Of a stretch of DNA of 64,000 bases, positions 24,517-35,700 are shown piece by piece. The notes beneath the pieces are model-generated. The model was not told where the DNA came from and made no database searches. It saw nothing but the letters and a program-made list of their open reading frames with translations. Source of the stretch: Octopus bimaculoides (taxonomy: Eukaryota); NCBI RefSeq assembly GCF_001194135.2, contig NC_068997.1, forward strand, positions 30,659,189-30,723,188. Reading direction: 5' to 3'. How positions within the stretch are numbered: the stretch's first letter is position 1; every line of letters starts with the position of its first letter. The translations under genes were made by a program, and so were the position numbers.

Positions 24517-24874
24517 AATTAATTCACATTTTACTTATATAATTTATGAATTTAATATAGTTTAACTTAATTTAATACAATATAACAGAGTCAAGTCCCT
24601 ACATTAATTTATTTATTGATGTTTACTATCCCCTACCTGCTAATAGTTAACCCTGGATTATTTTAGAAATAATACATTTCTAAATCTCTCAGAGAGATTT
24701 ATGCAGTGGTAATACAATGAAGTAGTTGTATGCTGTCAACTTAATGTGACTGTCCCATGAAGGGAATAATACTACTGTTGTTTAGACCTAGGAAGCTGCA
24801 CCGCTTCCTGTCGGCCTTACCACATTTCCTGTGTCCTTGTGTCTACAAGGGGAGATAATCACCTCCACCCAGCA

Positions 24875-24917
24875 TCCAGAGACATGTTTCTGAGTCTTTG
24901 CTCGTCATCAGTCAGGA
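24875..24917 (-). ncRNA. Type I hammerhead ribozyme
   Basis: tcctga CTGATGA cgagc aaa gactca GAAAC ATGTC|tctgga: full core, palindromic ACATGT stem III, stem I 5/6 bp. Confidence 0.7.
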
Positions 24918-25190
24918 GTAGCATGACCCGCTAGTCGAAGATGCCTGTCAAGCTCTGGAAACATAATAATTCTAGTGAAATACATCCACTGATTTCAAAT
25001 TTAGAAATAATACATTTCTAACTCTCTCAGAGAGATTTATGCAGTAGTGATACGATGAAGTAGTTGTATGCTGTCAACTTAATGTAACAGTCCCCTGAAG
25101 GGAATAATACTACTGTTGTTTAGACCTAGGAAGCTGCACCGCTTCCTGTCAGCCTTGACACATTTCCTGTGTCCTAGCAGGTCATGCTTC

Positions 25191-25225
25191 TCCAGACTGA
25201 TGACGAGCAAAGACTTAGAAACATG
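25191..25225 (+). ncRNA. Truncated second hammerhead copy, inverted relative to 24875-24917
   Basis: tccaga CTGATGA cgagcaaagactta GAAAC atg, ending before the cleavage triplet. Confidence 0.55.
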
Positions 25226-26169
25226 AAACAGGAATACAACAAATTCATCAAGAAGGAATTCTACAAGTCTTACAAACTGGCACTGACATCCGCCCTTGAC
25301 AACATCAACACCAACCATTGCAAGCATATGAATAAATTACACGTGGATGACCCACAGAACCCTACTGCACTACATCTCCACACTTTCACCTTAAAGATTA
25401 TAAGAAGAACTTCATAACTAAACCATCGATATGCCTCATATGCCCTACCAAATCCGACCTGCGAAGAATAAGTAAAATTATTCTTGATAAAATAATATCA
25501 ATCGTCTAGGAGTAATTGAAGGTCAACTTATGGTCCTGTACAGGTGTGATCATAGCATGGTTCCCTCCTCTTCTTTCCTACAATTCGATTACTACTCTTC
25601 TATTTCTCCCAAACTTCTTAATTAATCGCTCCATCTAGCTAGGAATCTAACTAACCCAACCCCACTAGAAACTAATATAATCCTTAATGCCTGTAAGACC
25701 CTTATTTCTTTTGAGGAGAAATTTTGGTGCCGGGCTAACCAATATAACTATAACGATAACTATAACAAGTTATTTGACATTATTATGAGATCATCCGACT
25801 CTGCCCAAGTCACCGACCTCATCGGATTATACATACTTCACCAGGTCTAAATACATTTCCCTAGCATCAAGGGAGGCCGCCACAGAGATGACGCATTACC
25901 AGTTACCAAGAGTTTAAATAAATCATCTTTAGAACAAATTAGGAAAGATCTACACAAAGTTTTCTCTAGACTCAATGTAGACACTCAGCTTACTCAATAA
26001 AATAAAATGCTGTAATTGTGGCCTTAAAGGCTTAGTACAATGATTTAGAGATAGTTCAGTTTCTAAAACTCGCCAGATCCTTCAAAAGTAACACTAAAAT
26101 TCCCACAAAACCACTAATTTTCTAGATGTAACTTTAAACTTAGAAACCTTCCAATAATCCCCATATCAC

Positions 26170-26750
26170 AAACCTAGCAACTGTTGAATTAGTGTTATTA
26201 TATTTTTTTCTTTATTGCCCACATGGGACTAAACATACAGGGGACAAACAAGGACAGAGAAAGGGATTAAGTCGATTACATCAACCCCAGTGCGTAACTG
26301 GTACTTACTTAATCGACTCCGAAAGGATGAAAGGCAAAGAATTAGTGTTATTATATGGCAATGACACATGGACACTGACAAAGAAATTATCAAACAAGTT
26401 ATATGGTTCAAAAATGCTCTGAATGACTCTAAATATGAAATTGGCAGCAGAATATATCAAATGAATGCCTTTATGGAGACTTGCCAAAAATTAGCAAGAA
26501 GATCCGGCAAAGACGGCTGCGACTATCTGGCCATTGGTTGCACCACTCTCAGCTGGAAGTATCCAAATTACTCTTATGGAACCCATTGTGGATGTAAGAA
26601 GAGGAAAACTTTGTCACAATTACATCGACAACTTGTTCGCAGACACAGCCTGGAATGTATGCAGGACTTCAAGGCAGCAATGCCTGATAAAGAAGTGGAA
26701 TTTTTTGCTGCGGCCCAGTTTGGAACCTGGGCATAATAAAGTAAAATAAA
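26170..26750 (+). mobile_element. RTE C-terminal fragment interrupted by a SINE
   Basis: VELVLLYGNDTWTLTKKL; RQRRLRLSGHW; AATAAA-type tail. Confidence 0.75.
26204..26338 (-). mobile_element. 5'-truncated SINE with 18-bp target-site duplication
   Basis: TSD gaattagtgttattatat at 26186-26203 and 26339-26356; T-rich tail on the plus strand. Confidence 0.8.
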
Positions 26751-26949
26751 AATAAATAACAGGCACTCAGCTTATTCAATAACTAAATAAAAATGCTGTA
26801 ATTGTGGCCTTAAAGGCTTAGCACAAGGATTTAGAGATAGCTCAGTTTCTAAAAGTCACCAGATCTTTCAAAAGTATCGTAACACTAAAAGCATTCTCAA
26901 TGCTCTAATACCATCAGAACATCCGGATTTATACAAGTTCATGGATGAA

Positions 26950-27761
26950 AATTCTAGAATGTTCACGAGGTTAATTACCAAAAACTCTCCATGTGTTAGA
27001 AGGGACAATCAGAAATGCTCTCTACAATGACATCCAGTACATGATGAGGAGAGGTCAATTCATGCCAGGAAAAAACATGAAAATTGTTTGATCAGTTCTA
27101 AAAGGCTATTAAACAAAGTTAAAAACTTAGAAAAACGTAACATGATTTCGTTTTACTCACATTCAAAAATCTTTAACCTGGACCGGAAGATTTACAGAAA
27201 AAAAAATGAAAGTTCCAACGATCATGTACAAAAAGTTCACTTCAAATGTCATGGCTTTTAAAATTGTCAGTAATGAAGGACATGTAATACATCTTCATCT
27301 CTTTCCACAAAGAATTAGAGTTATCCGATGATTACATTGCAATTCTGGAAACAATTGTCAAGCCCTAGATAGATAGAATACACAAGGGAAAGTCGTATGT
27401 CCGCCAGCAGGACTCTGCACCATCACATAAGGTTCCACCAGTCTAAGAATAGATAGCTGACAATTTCCAAGACCACATAATACCTAACATTTGACCTCCG
27501 AACTCACTAGATCTCAATCGATTGTGAAGTTTTGTTAAGAGAGAAGTCAATCACCATCCCCATAACAAGGATATTTTGAAAGCTGCCATAATCAGAGTAA
27601 TGTACAATATGAACCAGGACCATTTAATTCGGACATATAGATTATACAGATCTCGCATAGAAGCAGTCATTGACGCTGAAGCTGGCTACATTGAATAAGA
27701 TTACAAAAAAGATAATCTAGTTTAAACAAAATTTACTTTTGAATACCTCATGCACACTCTG
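26950..27761 (+). mobile_element. Tc1/mariner (maT/DD37D-like) transposase remnant with right TIR
   Basis: QQDSAPSH, PPNSLDLN, RSRIEAVIDAEAGYIE*; end cacactctg, whose reverse complement CAGAGTG resembles maT TIRs. Confidence 0.8.
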
Positions 27762-28227
27762 CGCACGCATGTATGAATATGTATTCATTAATATCAACAA
27801 ATATCAAAAATACTAGCCTGGTCTAACAATATGGTATATAGTAGCTGGTTCTTCTAATATTACAAATAGTGTTCAACCATATTAAAATGGAAACTAATAC
27901 ACTGACCATAATAATATTAAAAAAATAGAAGATTGCTGTAAATATATGAAATATAGTTGCTGGATTTACCAATATGAGATAAAGCAAACAGTTCTACTTA
28001 TTGGAAAAATAGTAGATAGCTTTTCCAGTCTGAAGAATCATAGCTTGGACTACCAGTATCAGAAATAGTAGTTTATTGTACCAAAACGAGAAAATATATT
28101 AAAATATTCATAAACAGGATATAAAAATTCCTTTTATACAAATCCATTGATGAAATGCTCAAAAATTTCATCACAGTTTATACAAACAGAACTTATTAAG
28201 CATATATAAAATTTTAAAAAGACTTAC

Positions 28228-28255
28228 AGTTTCTAGCCACGATTTGTCATCTGGT
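28228..28255 (-). CDS. Micro-exon X1, 28 nt, phase 2 to 0 (PDDKSWLET)
   Basis: attttgcag| acceptor and |GTAAGT donor. Only one open frame. Flanks are identical to those of 43975-44014. Confidence 0.7.
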
Positions 28256-28320
28256 CTGCAAAATCAGAAAATGAGAAAATTCCAGATTAGTAAAATGAAT
28301 CTGTCATAATGAGTTAAGCG

Positions 28321-29190
28321 CCTAAGTTGGTAGGCTGTTCAGCAAAAGGTTGGCTTCCAGGTCGAGTAAAATTTTTTCGTTCAGCTGTTGGCTCAAGATA
28401 GATTTAGGGCCCAGATTGAGAAGTTCTAGTTCTTCATGGGAGAGTGACCCACTCAAGTGTGTGACTAAGAGTTTCGTTGTTGATGATATGCTGGTGCCCC
28501 TGATGTTAGGGTTATCTTGAGGTTTCCTGTTCATCTGTGTCAGTGTAATAGGCCGAGTTGTGGTGGTATTTGGTACAAAGCTACAGGAATTTAAGTTTGA
28601 GGCGGTTCTTCTCTTGGTCAACACAGTGGTGGCAGCATCAGGCAATAGCTGTGGAGGTTTTTTGGTGTGTAGATTACACATTCGCATCAAAGAACATCTA
28701 AACACGTGAGCCCCCTCCTTCAGAAAACATTCAGACAAAGGCATAACAGTCATAACTGAGGCCAATTACAGAAATTTAGTAAATTTAACAATTAAAGAAG
28801 CTATCCTCATAGACAGACTAGGTCCCCAAATTAACAACAGATTGGAAATTAGCAATCACTATATTATTTAACTACATTGACATCCTGCACGCACGATGGT
28901 AACATGCTCATGTATAAAAAAAATGCATGTATAATACATAACTTAGAAGCAGAGTTGCGGAAATGCCAACACACACGAGCTCAAGACAGGGCCGCGCTCA
29001 TGCACTTCTCATGAGGAATTTTGGAAGGAGTTTCGTGAGACATCTGCAGAGACGCTTCCGAAAAAATCAAAAAAATCAGCAACCGTTGGAAAACCAATTA
29101 TAACAGTGACTCGATTAAATCCAAGAAATATCTGAAGAATGAATTTTTATATACCGAAATATTATATTAGACTCTGAATAATTAAATTAT
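28321..29190. mobile_element. Penelope remnant: inverted N-terminal piece, GIY-YIG C-terminus and pLTR
   Basis: Minus: VTHLSGSLSHEELELLNLGPK. Plus: RLHIRIKEHL...IKEAILIDRLGPQINNR. Confidence 0.7.
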
Positions 29191-29215
29191 TTAACAGCTA
29201 TTATTGTCCACTCTG

Positions 29216-29523
29216 TGGAGGCGCAATGGCCCAGTGGATAGGGCAGCGGACTCACATTCGGAGGATCGCGGTTTCGATTTCCAGACCGGGCATTGTGAGT
29301 ATTTATTGAGCGAAAACACTTAAGCTCCACGAAGCTCCAGCAAGGAGTGGTGACGACCCCTGTTGTACTCTTTCGCCCCGACTTTCTCTCACTCTTTCTT
29401 CCTGCTTCTTGAGTAACGCTGCGATGGACTGGCGTCCCGTTCAGCTGGGGGAACACATACGGCATAGAAACCAGGAAACCGGGCCCATGAGCCTGGCTAG
29501 TTTTGAAAAGGCGAGAAAAAAAA
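29216..29523 (+). mobile_element. tRNA-derived SINE with A/B boxes and TSD
   Basis: TGGCCCAGTGG A box, GGTTTCGATT B box, A tail, TSD attgtccactctg at 29203-29215 and 29524-29536. Confidence 0.9.
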
Positions 29524-29989
29524 ATTGTCCACTCTGGCCTGTTGTGCCATTCAAAACACATTATATTTCACAAATAATATACAATGCTTCCAGCAAACTA
29601 CAGTAACCGTTTTCAGTCTTTACCTTTCAACTTAGCGTGAGGAATAGATGAAAGGTGTTTCAGCCAGAGATGAAAGGTGAGAGAAGAAGAAAGAGTTAAA
29701 GGAAGAGAAGAAATTAAGACAGAAGTTAGAAAGAGGCAATTGGCAAAAATAAATTATACCGTAAAATAGATCTGTTCACACATGCGTATGCACTCACATG
29801 CACACACACATGCACACAAGTATATATATATCTTGCGTTTCATATTATTAACGGCGTAACATTTATTCAAAAGCGGCGATCTTTCGTTACGAGAAAAAAT
29901 TAATATTTTTGTACGGAAACCACCAATGTTATTCAGAAAAGTAAATAAACCCACGTGGTTTACAAGTACCGAAAGATAGCCAAGGCGAT

Positions 29990-32755
29990 TTTTCGTTACG
30001 AGAACACACGACTGCTAGCGTACCTCTTAAATGACATAAAGTCACACGATTTGGGAATCATAGCCATGAGTGAGACCAGACTCCATGAGCTATAAGCCCT
30101 AAAGTCCATGTTTGGTGGACAATATAACATTCATTTTCCTCCCTGTCTGCTGAAGATCGGCGGTAGTGGTACGGCGGCACTTTTTCGCAAGAGTCTGGAT
30201 CTTGAAGTAAAGACGATATTCATAGACCTGGAGGATAGACCGGTTGTCATGGATGTCGACGGCAGCGATTGATGCACTTTTCGACTCCTAGCAGTCTATA
30301 GACCGCCTTTAACAGGTCGGCCGAATTTCTTTCGACGTCTAGAAGTGTTCCTAGGAACATCTTGTCCTTTACTTTTAGTGGGGGATTGGAATGCTACCTT
30401 GGACACGCATCTATACTAAGTGGGAAGAGACAGAAATAGACGGGGATGCAAATCCCCAGAGACCTGCTCAGACGCTTTCAACTGTCTGACAGGTACCGAC
30501 TCGACCACACAAATGTGCCAACGTGGACATGGAGCAACCGCATTGGGTTGTCGAAATCGTATCTAGATAGGACACTGTGTAGAACAATAGACATGGAGCA
30601 ACCGCATTGGGTTGTCGAAATCGTATCTAGATAGGACACTGTGTAGAACAATAGATAGGGATAACTTAGGATGTCCACAATTCCACACAGCTACACGTCA
30701 CAAACTTGTGACATGTATGCTAGACTTAGATAAGGCACATAGGCAGGGCCCCGGTTACTGGAAACTGAACGTGTCTTTCCCGTCGAGACACGTTTTTCAG
30801 AGACCGAATTAGCACGCTAGTAAAGAGGGCTTTGATAGGAGCCGTCATCAACAACAAAGAGAGCAATAAAAGCAGAAGCGATTAGGTATAGCAAAGCACG
30901 AGCCATAGATAGAAACAGAGTAGAGGGTGACCTAGTTAAGAAGCTAGAAGAGGTGATTAGAAGTGGCATCGTATCCGACGTTTTGGTGGCGAGGTTGGCC
31001 CTTGACCAACACTTCAACGCCAAACACGAAGGGTGTGTTGTCAGAGCTAGGATGCATGCTCTAAGAGACGAAGGTGCTGGAGCTGTGAAAGAGGACTGGG
31101 TGGCGGATGCGCAACAGGGCAACAAAGCCACCATTCGGGCTCCGGTAAATGAACAGGGACTCAAATTACATCCAAGTAAAATGTGTGAGGCAGTCCAACA
31201 GCATTTTGCTTGACTCTTCGGGATGAGTGGCGAGCGAGAACGCAGAGTGGACTTCAGTGCCTACCTGCACANNNNNNNNNNNNNNNNNNNNNNNNNNNNN
31301 NNNNNNNNNNNNNNNNNNNNNNNNNNNNNNNNNNNNNNNNNNNNNNNNNNNNNNNNNNNNNNNNNNNNNNNNNNNNNNNNNNNNNNNNNNNNNNNNNNNN
31401 NNNNNNNNNNNNNNNNNNNNNNNNNNNNNNNNNNNNNNNNNNNNNNNNNNNNNNNNNNNNNNNNAGACTTGTTTGGAGACGTCTTGGCAGCAGTGTACTG
31501 CAACTGGCAGCAAAACGGGAGCATCCGCAGTTTTGTGAGCCAAGGAGCCATAACGTTGCTGAAGAAAGACCCAAACAAGGGGGACGTAATAGATAACTTT
31601 AGGCCCATCACTCTGCTCAATGCAGACTTGAAAATTTTGGCCAAGGTGTTAGCCAAGAGGTTGGTGCTTGTCATTGCGAAACTGGTCGGTAAGGCCAAAT
31701 GTGCGCCATGCCGGACCGGAGCATCCATGACAACCTCCATCTGATGCGCTACATTATAGACGGGGTAGTTAAGGAACCTGTCATAGGTGGGGCTCTGATC
31801 AATTTGGATCAGTCCAAAGATTTCGATAGGGTAGACCATCACTACTTGGAGGCTGTCTCATAGCGGCTAGTTTTAGTCCCGTCCTCTGCGGCTGGATAGC
31901 TACTTTATACAGAGGTATCTGTTTGTTACTTCGCTTAAATGGTCATCTATCAAGACTCTTCAGCATTGCACTTCGGTTTGTCAGAGATGCCCCCACTCGT
32001 CACTTCTATACGTATTAACTCTCGATCTACTACTGCGGGAGCTGGTGATGCTGAGGGACATCCCGGGAGATTTGGGATGCGGGACGAGCGTGGCTACATA
32101 TGCAGACGATGTCACCGTCGTAGTGTCTAGCCAGAAGTACATCGAGCTGGTCGGTGAGACACTGAAAGTCTACAGAGTGGTAACAGGAGCAAAAATCTAC
32201 CAGGAAAAGTCAGTGGACTTGCAGCACGGCACCTGGTGAAACAAGGCCATGCGTCCACCAGCACCTTAGTAATGGTCAATCTCTCATCAACTTCTTCAAA
32301 TATCACTTGAAGAGGAAGGTGAGAGTAGAGAGGAAAGTTTTATCTAGTGAACGTTTCAAAAAAAGATGGGTGAATGTAGCAAGGATGGCACGTGTGAATG
32401 GTGGAGCCAGCTTGAGCATAATCCTATAAACCAAAAAAAGAAAGGAAAAAAGAGAGTCAATTACTGTAATGCGTTTCTTTTTTTTTTGTTTTTTGCATGA
32501 AATTATTGCTCGAGTTTACCATTGTCGTTTCCGTAGGCTTTTCCTTCCACGGATAAACCTAATCTGTTTCCCCTTTTTACACTATGACATTTCTGTGATA
32601 CACAATCCCTATTGATTTTTTTTTTAAATATCCCTTTTGATCGAATTTCTACCCCACCCTTTTTTTCCCTTCTTCTCTTCCCCAAAAGAAAAGCTCTACT
32701 TTGTAGTTTGTCTCCTCTGTGTTCAGCCCTGTGTAGCCAATAAAGAAACATATCT
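29990..32755 (+). mobile_element. Tx1-clade LINE ORF2 (EN-RT) with 3'UTR
   Basis: SETRL, GDWNATLD, GPGYWKLNVS, FRPITLLNAD, ATYADDVT; 3'UTR ending ccaataaagaaac. Confidence 0.9.
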
Positions 32756-32759
32756 GTCT

Positions 32760-35700
32760 CTCGTTGTGAATGGACGGTAGAAAAATCGGCTCCAAGTACG
32801 TTGGCTTTTTTGTATTGAAAAGCATTTTATTTGTCAAATATTTTTATGTGAAAGTGGTGTCTAAAACCATCTACTTCAACCCCAGTAAATCTTGTAATAG
32901 GAAATAACTCCAGTTGGAGTTCATTTCCAAAACTTAAAAAAATTTTCTTCGGTTTACTTGCTATATTTCAAATCGAAAATAGCTAAGCCAAACCATGAAG
33001 TCAACTTCCCGCCTCTACCAAAGTCAGGGGCGAAGGAAGCTGAAACCAAAGCCATTCCGCTTGAATGCACACAGGCTTTAGAAAATACGTACAAAGAAGC
33101 GAATACATTTACTACTATAAATACTGCTTCCACCACTGCTACCAACACTACCGCCATCACCACCACAACTAACACGAATACTGAAAACAATTTTGCCACA
33201 GCTTTAAAGTTAAAGAAAAAAATCATGTGCTTTTCCAAGGAAGAACTGCTCACCTGTAAAGCAATGTTTAAAAAAGACAACCTCAGCATATAATTACAGA
33301 AACCACAAAACATCACAGAAAAAATCGCAAAAATACAATTATTTACAGGACACTCAACCTAAAAACAAGGCTATACGAAAAGGCCACTCAAGGAAATGTT
33401 GAAAAATGTTTAAGGCTTATAATGGGCCTTTAAAGACTACATTACAAGGGGAAACAGATTTGCAATGATCGAAGTTCGATTCAACAGTGAAGAAAGAGCC
33501 AAGGACCTCTTTACAAAGTCCTTCCAATTCGAAAACATACGGATGATTCCTACATACCTTGGTCGTAGGGTCACAAAAATAAAAATAAAGAATGTGCCTC
33601 CTGAAATAAAATAAAATGGCTCATATCTGCCATTTGCTATGACATCAAGGACGAAATCCATATCTTGGAAATCACTGTCGTGAACCAGCAAAACTGGGTT
33701 GGCCAAGAAGTTGAAATTCTTGCTCAGACTGTCCGATTAATTTCGAAGAAATTCCACATCAAATCCAATTGACAGAGGATTCGATTTTACATGTGGCCAT
33801 CGAAGGCAGAAAGCCACGTTGCTATGTTTGTGGTAGCAAAGCACACTTACAAATGAATTGCCCACTAGCACAGAAACAACAGCAACAACAAGCTCATGAT
33901 AGACGACAACAACAACAAGGAGACCAAAAACCGAGCAAAAAACCAGCACTGCTACACACACCGCGATATGCACAACTAATTAAACAGCTCTACAAACAAA
34001 TGAAGGAACATCAGCAACCAACAAGTCAGCCCAACCAAACAACACCACCACCAGTGCCACTAAGAACAGAAACAATACCATCATCACTACCACCACCCAC
34101 AACAATAACAACTTCAAAGGAGGAAGAGAAAACCAAAAAGACTCATGCCCCACCCACAAAAACCCATACACCAGACCCCAACTGTCACCAACCAGCAGCA
34201 CCAACTCCAACAACAAAGTCAACACACTCAGAAATAGACACCAATACACTTCCCCTCCTACATTCTGATTCCTCCGACATGTTGTCAGATGAAGATGACA
34301 CAGAGGCTTGGCAAGTGGCCACAGGGGGAAGCAGAAAAGCGGGGGGAGAATAGAGAAGCAGACAAACAAAGCAGGGATGTTTACCACTCCCGAAACCAAA
34401 ACACCTGCAGAAAACAAAAGCATCAACACAAACACTCTAACACCAAACCCCGCAACAATGTTGACAGCCATAAACACCAATAATCCAGACCTAATGGAAT
34501 ACATTAGTTCAAACACCATCGTTACAGAAAATGATATCAAAACAAAGAATCACCCATGCACAACATCACTACAACACATTAAAATAATACACATAACACA
34601 GAACACACTCAGCACCCTAAAATCTCTCTACCTTGATGCAGTTGGGGGATTTCAAAAATACCTGTCTAAAAAAACTATACGAAAACCTTCTGGGAGAAGA
34701 CTGTGAGGTGAAGAACAAAGAACTTTTGGATAGTAAGTGATTCTCTGTCTCTCTTTCTCTTTCGTCTTCCTTTCATGTGTGAAACACAACTTTCAATAGG
34801 AACATGCTCAAAAGGCAGTATAAATTTACGTGGCTTGGGGTCGCCTTGGAAACAAGGCTATCTGTTAAACGACATCAAGTCACAAAATCTGCATACCATA
34901 GCCATCAACGATACCAGACTCCACAGCATGTGGGCACTCCAGTACATGTTCAGCGGACATTTCGACATTTTTCTCCATGTCTGCCGAGAATGGGCAGATG
35001 TGGCACCACGGTGCTTCTTTAGAAGAGTCTGGACCTCAAAGTAAGAGCAATTTTCCTAGACCTGGAGGGTAGGCTGGTCGTCTTGAGTGTCGATGGCAGC
35101 AATAGGTATGCTTTTTGACTGATAACAGTTTATGCATAGTCCTTAACAGGCCGGCCAGATTTCTTTCGACGACTAGAGGTTTTCCTGGGTAGGTCTCGGC
35201 CTTTACTTTTAGTGGGGGGGGGGATGCTACCCTGGACACGCATCTAGACTACGTGGGGATGCAAATGCCTCAAAGACCTGCTCAGACGTTTCCAACTGTC
35301 TGACAGGTACCGACTAGACCACCTGAATGTGCCAATGTGGACATGGAGCAACCGCATCGGATTGTAGAGATCGTACTTAGAGTATTCTATAGGACAGTGT
35401 ATAAGGATAGGGTAGGTGACTTGTACACTTGACTTAGATAAGACACATAAGCAGGGTCCTAGTTACTGGAAGCTGAATGCGTCGTTCATGGCACGCCAGG
35501 CTTACAGGGACCGGATTAGTATATTAGTTAAGAGAGCATTGACAGGTGCCATCATCAACAACAGATGAAGGATTTCCCTAAAGAAAGCAATTAAAGCAGA
35601 ATCGGTGAGGTACAGTAAGGCCCTAGTATTAGACCGAAATAGAATATAAGGAGAGCTAGTTAAGAAATTAGAAGAGGCACTTAGAACTGGCCTTCCACGA

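Larger units (their letters stand above)
24660..26170 (+). mobile_element. Naiad-type Penelope-like element remnant with rearranged pLTR
   Basis: TLKDYKKNFITKPSICLICPTKSDLRRISKIILDKI resembles the Naiad RT N-terminus. Direct repeat 24664-24840/25004-25175. Confidence 0.7.

Noticed and set aside
21552-24542. Long ORFs of 190-360 aa in the ORF track (also 31166-31842 and 36568-38014)
   Set aside because: They read through N gaps.
27970-28029. AG/GT-bounded 60-nt segment just downstream of X1
   Set aside because: In-frame TAG in phase 0, and the acceptor is not conserved in the paralog.
29216-29290. tRNA gene (also 58747-58820)
   Set aside because: It is a SINE head: continues into SINE body, has an A tail and TSD, and lacks a proper acceptor stem.
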